NCBI GenBank assembly: GCA_025210575.1 | Contig: JAOARK010000551.1 | Span: 1 to 29,487 of the forward strand | Source: Schleiferiaceae bacterium | Lineage (GTDB): Bacteria > Bacteroidota > Bacteroidia > Flavobacteriales > Schleiferiaceae | Length of the DNA stretch: 29,487 nt | Direction of reading: 5' to 3' | Part shown: in pieces, positions 25,052 to 29,487 of the stretch | Layout of the letters: each line of letters begins with the position of its first letter | How positions within the stretch are numbered: position 1 is the stretch's first letter | Made by a program: the position numbers and the translations under genes | Notes under the pieces: model-generated | The model's input: the letters and a program-made list of their open reading frames with translations, nothing else | What the model was told of the DNA's origin: nothing | The model's database searches: none

Positions 25052-25963
25052 TTATTCTACTGATTCTACTGTTTTAATGAATATGTCGTTTACGGAAGGA
25101 ATGACCTCTTCCATATGATAGATGTCGCCAATTTTACTAGCTTCTTGCAAAAGCACATTGGGGCTTACACCATCGTTTATCTTAATGGTCAGTTCTTTAC
25201 CATATTCCGTTTCTAATTGATCAGTCAAACTGAAATGCTCGCTTAAAGCAATGTTACTAGAAGGATTGTGAATAGCAATCTTAAAGGTATGTGTGCGGTA
25301 TTGTGATTTAATTTCAGCCACACTGCCTTCTAAAACTTTCTTTGAATTATTGATCAATGCAATATGGTTACAGATCTCTTCCACCGATTCCATACGGTGC
25401 GTTGAGAAAATAATGGTAGCTCCATTATCATTTAAGTTTTTGATCTCTTGCTTGATCAACTCCGTATTGATGGGGTCGAACCCCGAAAAAGGCTCATCGA
25501 AAATGAGCAATTTGGGGTCATGCACAACCGTAACGATAAACTGGATTTTTTGAGCCATTCCTTTGCTCAATTCTTCCACTTTTTTATTCCACCAATCTTG
25601 AATCTCAAACTTTACAAACCACTCTTTCAATTTGGCTTTTGCTTCGTTGGCCGAAAGCCCTTTCAGCATAGCTAAGTACATGGCTTGCTCACCTACCTTC
25701 ATTTTTTTATATAAACCTCGTTCTTCGGGTAAATAGCCAATGTGATAGATGTCCTCTCTCGTGATGGGTGAACCATTTAAAAGAATGGATCCAGAATCTG
25801 GAGCGGTGATCTGATTGATAATTCGAATGAATGATGTTTTTCCAGCACCGTTTGGACCGAGTAAGCCATAGACACTCCCTTTGGGAATTTCAATGGAGAG
25901 GTCATTTAAAGCAGTATGCCCATCATATGTTTTGGTAATGTTTCGGGCTTCAAGAATGTTCAT
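25052..25963 (-). CDS. ABC transporter ATP-binding protein (NatA/YhaQ-like)
   Basis: GLLGPNGAGKT, GYLPEERGLY, family-typical signature LSKGMAQK, FDEPFSGFDP, STH. Confidence 0.93.
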   Translation of the reverse strand: MNILEARNITKTYDGHTALNDLSIEIPKGSVYGLLGPNGAGKTSFIRIINQITAPDSGSILLNGSPITREDIYHIGYLPEERGLYKKMKVGEQAMYLAMLKGLSANEAKAKLKEWFVKFEIQDWWNKKVEELSKGMAQKIQFIVTVVHDPKLLIFDEPFSGFDPINTELIKQEIKNLNDNGATIIFSTHRMESVEEICNHIALINNSKKVLEGSVAEIKSQYRTHTFKIAIHNPSSNIALSEHFSLTDQLETEYGKELTIKINDGVSPNVLLQEASKIGDIYHMEEVIPSVNDIFIKTVESVE

Positions 25964-26072
25964 AGACCGTTTTAGTTTTGAGCGTTAAATGTAAGCATAG
26001 CGCAGAAAGTAAATTGATTGCATAAAGACAGAATCTGTTAAAGAGTTTTTAATTTTAAACAAAGCTTTGGTT

Positions 26073-26477
26073 ATGGCAGAACTTAAGACAAAACCCAATG
26101 ATGCTTCGGTGATCAAATTTCTTGAATCGGTAGAGCATCCTCAGAAAAAGAAAGACAGTTTTACGCTTTTAGAAATGATGAAAAATGTGACTGGAGCTGA
26201 ACCGATAATGTGGGGTGGAAGCATTATCGGATTTGGTAATTATCATTATAAATACGCCAGTGGGCGAGAGGGAGATTGGTTTCAAATTGGTTTTTCTCCA
26301 AGAAAACAAAGTTTAACGCTTTATTTAATGGGAGGATTAACCCACCAAGCGGAATTGTTACCCAAATTGGGGAAACATAAAACCGGCAAAGGATGCCTCT
26401 ATATCAATAAATTGAGCGATGTAGATTTAGCTGTTCTTGTTGATATGATGGAAGCTGCCGTGAAAAAAACTCAATAA
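26073..26477 (+). CDS. DUF1801 (YdhG-like) domain protein
   Basis: MAELKTKPNDASV..FL, MWG.SIIGFG.YHYKY.SGREGDW..IGFSPRK, LGKHKTGKGCLYI. ATG at 26073 preferred. Confidence 0.85.
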   Translation: MAELKTKPNDASVIKFLESVEHPQKKKDSFTLLEMMKNVTGAEPIMWGGSIIGFGNYHYKYASGREGDWFQIGFSPRKQSLTLYLMGGLTHQAELLPKLGKHKTGKGCLYINKLSDVDLAVLVDMMEAAVKKTQ

Positions 26478-26501
26478 AAAAGCCGCTCATGTGAGCGGCT
26501 T
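26475..26501 (-). terminator. Intrinsic terminator of grpE-dnaJ, possibly bidirectional
   Basis: Stem AAGCCGCTCA/TGAGCGGCTT, followed on the minus strand by TTTT-TA. It lies between the convergent DUF1801 gene and dnaJ. Confidence 0.8.
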
Positions 26502-26522
26502 GATCTTTATATACTTCATGTT

Positions 26523-27644
26523 CTATGAGAACATCTCTTTCATTTTCTCGAAAAAGCTCTTTTCGTTTCTACCTGGATTTGGCGCAAAGTTCTCTTCTTT
26601 CTGCATTTTCTCCATCATCTTTCTTTGATCTGAATTCAAATGCTTTGGTGTCCACACATTAATGTGTACCAATAGATCACCTTTGCCATAGCCCTCGATA
26701 CGTGGTAATCCTTTTCCTTTTAAACGAAGAATTTTACCTGATTGAACACCCGCTTCGATCTTGATCTTTGCTTTTCCACCAATGGTAGGAATCTCTACTG
26801 AATTTCCTAAAACAGCATCAGGAAAAGAAACATACATATCATAATGAATGTTCTCGCCATCGCGAGTTAACTCTTCATGGGGAACCTCTTCAATTAATAC
26901 AAAAAGATCTCCCGCTGCACCGCCCATAGGAGCACTATTTCCTTTGCCACTTACACGAAGCTGCATTCCATCAACTACACCTGCAGGTATCTTCACAGAT
27001 ACAACCTCTTCTTTGCGTTCTAATCCATCAGCTCCAACACCTGCTGGTTTTTTGTCAACCACTTTGCCGGTTCCGCTACAATTGTTACAAGTAGAGGCGG
27101 TGCGCATTTGACCTAAAATGGTGTTGGCAACTCTGGTTACTTGTCCTGCTCCTTTACACACAGGACAAGTTTTAAAGGTTAATCCTGCGGCAGGAACGCT
27201 ACGTTTAATCTTGAGTTTCTTCTCAGCGCCATTGGCAATCTCATCAAGAGTTAAACGCACTTTAACGCGAAGGTTACTTCCTCTGGCTGCGTGGCTACCA
27301 CCGCCACCGCCAAATCCACCGAAGCCACCAAAACCACCGCCACCAAAGATGTCTCCAAAGTGACTGAAGATGTCGTCCATGTTCATGCCATGGCCGCCTC
27401 CAAATCCTCCAGCTCCACCTTGAAATGCCTGATGACCAAATTGGTCGTATTTCTGCTTCTTCTCAGGATTACTCAGCACATCATAGGCTTCTGCCGCTTC
27501 TTTGAATTTCTCCTCAGCATCTTTATCGTCTGGGTTTTTATCTGGGTGATATTTAATAGCCACCTTACGGTAGGCCTTTTTAATTTCACTTTCAGATGCC
27601 CCTTTAGATACACCTAGTACTTCATAATAATCTCTTTTACTCAT
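26523..27644 (-). CDS. dnaJ: Chaperone DnaJ
   Basis: J domain with YHPDKNP, G/F-rich linker, two CxxCxGxG motifs and C-terminal domains (GDL.V.I, G.GDLLVHI). Confidence 0.97.
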   Translation of the reverse strand: MSKRDYYEVLGVSKGASESEIKKAYRKVAIKYHPDKNPDDKDAEEKFKEAAEAYDVLSNPEKKQKYDQFGHQAFQGGAGGFGGGHGMNMDDIFSHFGDIFGGGGFGGFGGFGGGGGSHAARGSNLRVKVRLTLDEIANGAEKKLKIKRSVPAAGLTFKTCPVCKGAGQVTRVANTILGQMRTASTCNNCSGTGKVVDKKPAGVGADGLERKEEVVSVKIPAGVVDGMQLRVSGKGNSAPMGGAAGDLFVLIEEVPHEELTRDGENIHYDMYVSFPDAVLGNSVEIPTIGGKAKIKIEAGVQSGKILRLKGKGLPRIEGYGKGDLLVHINVWTPKHLNSDQRKMMEKMQKEENFAPNPGRNEKSFFEKMKEMFS

Positions 27645-27681
27645 GCCGTATGTCTTTATTCTCGCTTAAGGCGAAAAGAAT

Positions 27682-28281
27682 TTACTCTGCTTTTTCGCCT
27701 ACTACTACTTTAGAGTAGCGCAATATTTTATCGCCCAGTTTATAACCGCGCTCAATTTCGTCAATCACTTTACCACCCATTTCTGGAGAAGGTGCAGGAA
27801 TACGAGTGATCGCTTCCATAACATCTACATCAAATTCTTTCCCTGTGGTATCTTCCATTGCTTTTAGGCCTTTGCCTTCCAAGGTTTTTTCAAACTTAGA
27901 ATGGATCAATTCAACACCTTCTAAAACCTCTTTTTTAGCATCTAACTCTTTGAGGTTTTTCATGGCTCTACCAAAATCATCCAAAACTGGCAGTAAGGCA
28001 GACATTAATTCCTTATTGGCAGTAGAGAACATTTCAATTTTCTCCTTTGCCGTGCGTCTTCTCAAATTTTCAAAATCTGCAAACAAGCGAAGGTTCTTAT
28101 CTTTTTGGTCGGCTAATTGTTTTTCAAGAGCGGCAATTTTGTCTTCATCAGTTACTTCAACTGGCTCTTTTTCATTATTCTCACTAGCTTTCTTGCCTTC
28201 TTCTGCTGGATTGTCTACAACTTCTGTTGTATTTACATCATCCATCTTTATATCTTCTTTTTTGCTCTTTTTCTTACTCAT
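27682..28281 (-). CDS. grpE: Nucleotide exchange factor GrpE
   Basis: LRLFADFENLRRRT.KE, LLPVLDDFGRA, GVELIH, F..D.MEAI, GY.LGDKILRYSKVVV. Start moved from 28308 to 28281. Confidence 0.95.
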   Translation of the reverse strand: MSKKKSKKEDIKMDDVNTTEVVDNPAEEGKKASENNEKEPVEVTDEDKIAALEKQLADQKDKNLRLFADFENLRRRTAKEKIEMFSTANKELMSALLPVLDDFGRAMKNLKELDAKKEVLEGVELIHSKFEKTLEGKGLKAMEDTTGKEFDVDVMEAITRIPAPSPEMGGKVIDEIERGYKLGDKILRYSKVVVGEKAE

Positions 28282-28314
28282 GTTTAAAATCTTTTTTAAA
28301 CCGGCCATTCTTTT

Positions 28315-28331
28315 ATCAAATCCTCTGCCAA
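28315..28331 (-). promoter_or_regulatory. Putative sigma54-like -24/-12 promoter of grpE-dnaJ (TTGGCAGAGGATTTGAT)
   Basis: TGGCA with GG-N10-GA spacing versus consensus YTGGCACG-N4-TTGCW (3 mismatches). No TAnnTTTG box in this intergenic region. Confidence 0.45.
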
Positions 28332-28349
28332 TCGCATATTCGTGTCATC

Positions 28350-28370
28350 ATGTCATAAGCGATATGACAT
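28350..28370. promoter_or_regulatory. Inverted repeat ATGTCATA-N5-TATGACAT upstream of grpE
   Basis: Perfect 8-bp inverted repeat, with a third TGTCA half-site at 28343-28347. Confidence 0.5.
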
Positions 28371-28371
28371 T

Positions 28372-28401
28372 AAAAAACCCGCATCTGATAGGATGCGGGT
28401 T
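28372..28401 (-). terminator. Intrinsic terminator after murA-tlpA
   Basis: Stem CCCGCATC/GATGCGGG with a 6-nt loop, followed by 6 T on the minus strand, 20 nt past the stop at 28422. Confidence 0.85.
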
Positions 28402-28421
28402 AAAATGAATTTTGGATAATA

Positions 28422-28988
28422 TTATTTCACCATAAGGTTAGCCAAAGCATTATCTAAAGCTTGACCTCTTAGGTTTTTAGCAATAATCACTCCTTTACCA
28501 TCAATTAGAAATTGAGATGGAATAGAGTTAATGTTATAGATTCTTGCTCCTTCAGATTTCCAGTATTTTAAGTCGCTCACGTGGTAATCCCAGGTAAGTT
28601 TGTCTTTTTCAATGGCATTTACCCAAGAGCTTTTGTTCTGGTCTAGAGACAAGCTAAAGATCTCGAACCCTTTACCATTCTTGAATTTTTTGTCTTTGAA
28701 TTTGTTGTAAGCTCTTACCAAGTTTGGATTTTCAGCTCTACAAGGTCTACACCAACTTGCCCAAAAATCAATAAGCACAACTTTTCCACGAAGTTCGCTT
28801 AACTTCATTTCCTTTCCATCAGGATTTAAGAAGGCTAATTCTGGAGCTTTGTCACCAATATTTAAATTAGCCATTTGAGCGTTGGCTACTGGGTTTTCAG
28901 CATTATAGTGGTTATTTACAAAGGCAAATCCTGTAATGGCGGCTATTAACACCGTAGCAAATCCAATTTTCTTTAAGTTTTTCATCAT
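28422..28988 (-). CDS. TlpA/ResA-like thioredoxin-fold disulfide oxidoreductase
   Basis: N-terminal membrane anchor/signal, IGDKAPEL, LRGKVVLIDFWASWCRPCRAENP (CxxC), SIP..FLID.KGVI.A.NLRG. Confidence 0.92.
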   Translation of the reverse strand: MMKNLKKIGFATVLIAAITGFAFVNNHYNAENPVANAQMANLNIGDKAPELAFLNPDGKEMKLSELRGKVVLIDFWASWCRPCRAENPNLVRAYNKFKDKKFKNGKGFEIFSLSLDQNKSSWVNAIEKDKLTWDYHVSDLKYWKSEGARIYNINSIPSQFLIDGKGVIIAKNLRGQALDNALANLMVK

Positions 28989-28992
28989 CTGT

Positions 28993-29487
28993 TTAATTTA
29001 CTCTAATTATTTCTGCACCCAATGCATTTAGGCGTGTATCAATTTTTTCGTATCCACGGTCTATCTGATCAATATTATGGATGGTGCTTGTTCCTTTGGC
29101 ACTCATAGCAGCAATTAACAAAGATACACCCGCTCTAATATCAGGTGATGTCATAGTCGTAGCACGCAACGATTGCTTACGGTCTAATCCATTAACAGTG
29201 GCTCTATGGGGGTCACATAAAATTATCTGTGCTCCCATATCTATCAGTTTATCTACAAAGAATAAGCGGCTTTCGAACATCTTTTGATGAATTAAAACGC
29301 TTCCTCTGGCTTGTGTAGCTACCACCAAAATAATGCTCAAAAGATCAGGCGTGAAACCAGGCCATGGCGCATCAGAAATGGTCATGATAGAACCATCAAT
29401 GAAGTTTTCTATCTGATAGTGTTCTTGTGCCGGCACATAGAGATCATCACCTTTCTGCTCAAATTTGATGCCCATTCTTCTAAATAC
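28993..29487 (-). CDS. murA: UDP-N-acetylglucosamine 1-carboxyvinyltransferase MurA, C-terminal part (truncated by window edge)
   Basis: PWPGFTPDL, MFESR..FVDKL..MGA, SPDIRAGVSL and IDRGYE.ID.RL..LGA. The frame is open to the window end. Confidence 0.95.
   Translation of the reverse strand, partial: VFRRMGIKFEQKGDDLYVPAQEHYQIENFIDGSIMTISDAPWPGFTPDLLSIILVVATQARGSVLIHQKMFESRLFFVDKLIDMGAQIILCDPHRATVNGLDRKQSLRATTMTSPDIRAGVSLLIAAMSAKGTSTIHNIDQIDRGYEKIDTRLNALGAEIIRVN

Noticed and set aside
25052-25963. ABC signature LSKGMAQK read as a degenerate ATPase
   Set aside because: This variant of LSGGQ is usual in NatA/YhaQ-like ABC-2 ATPases, and Walker A, Walker B and the H-loop are intact.
27295-27344. 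CCACCG/CCACCA-type short tandem repeats
   Set aside because: They encode the normal Gly/Phe-rich linker of DnaJ, not an independent repeat element.
27658-27681. Hairpin between grpE and dnaJ (ATTC-TCGC...GCGA-AAA-GAAT)
   Set aside because: Short bulged stem without a proper U-tract; too weak to call as a terminator or processing site.
27806-28408. 200-aa plus-strand ORF antisense to grpE
   Set aside because: Ser/Phe/Leu-rich mirror of the Lys/Glu-rich grpE codons. It runs through the promoter and terminator and has no recognisable motif, so it is a shadow ORF.
28282-28421. CIRCE element or sigma32-type promoter upstream of grpE
   Set aside because: No TTAGCACTC-N9-GAGTGCTAA and no convincing CTTGAA...CCCCAT match is present.
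543-29287. The many 60-116 aa alternative-frame or antisense ORFs in the track (e.g. 543-821, 2083-2433, 10164-10511, 14547-14882, 27291-27617)
   Set aside because: All lie wholly or mostly within well-supported genes and show no motifs or independent expression signals.
1-29487. CRISPR array, tRNA/rRNA, IS element, prophage or anti-phage defence genes
   Set aside because: No repeat-spacer periodicity, cloverleaf, transposase, integrase or phage motif was seen, and intergenic gaps are all under ~170 bp.

Overview
A gene-dense chromosomal window from a Bacteroidota (Flavobacteriales-like) bacterium. The lineage call rests on TAnnTTTG-type promoter boxes, a type IX secretion C-terminal domain and the gene repertoire. 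About 29 CDS tile the window with only short gaps. I see no rRNA, tRNA, CRISPR array, transposase or prophage. Left part: rlmN (partial), a large MscK-like channel, a class V PLP enzyme, a membrane protein, a DedA/YqaA protein, an acyltransferase-3, a beta-barrel protein and recG. Middle: pepN-like M1 peptidase, wcaJ-like priming glycosyltransferase and a SnoaL-like lipoprotein. These converge on a minus-strand run of two GT4 glycosyltransferases, an alpha/beta-hydrolase-fold protein and a T9SS-secreted SGNH/PKD protein. Right part: MATE transporter, a small acidic protein, a beta-barrel protein, a tightly coupled ABC-ABC-mscS-ppx-NtrC-like operon, DUF1801, dnaJ, grpE, a TlpA-like thioredoxin and murA (partial). 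The strongest leads are four. (1) A sigma54-like -24/-12 element plus a TGTCA/TGACA inverted repeat upstream of grpE-dnaJ, in the same window as an orphan NtrC-type activator with no DNA-binding domain. (2) An alpha/beta-hydrolase lacking the catalytic Ser and apparently the His, translationally coupled to a secreted SGNH esterase downstream of two glycosyltransferases. (3) An unannotated 26-codon ORF coupled at both ends. (4) An intrinsic terminator ending 4 nt before the MATE start codon. All family assignments come from motif recognition by eye; no database searches were run.
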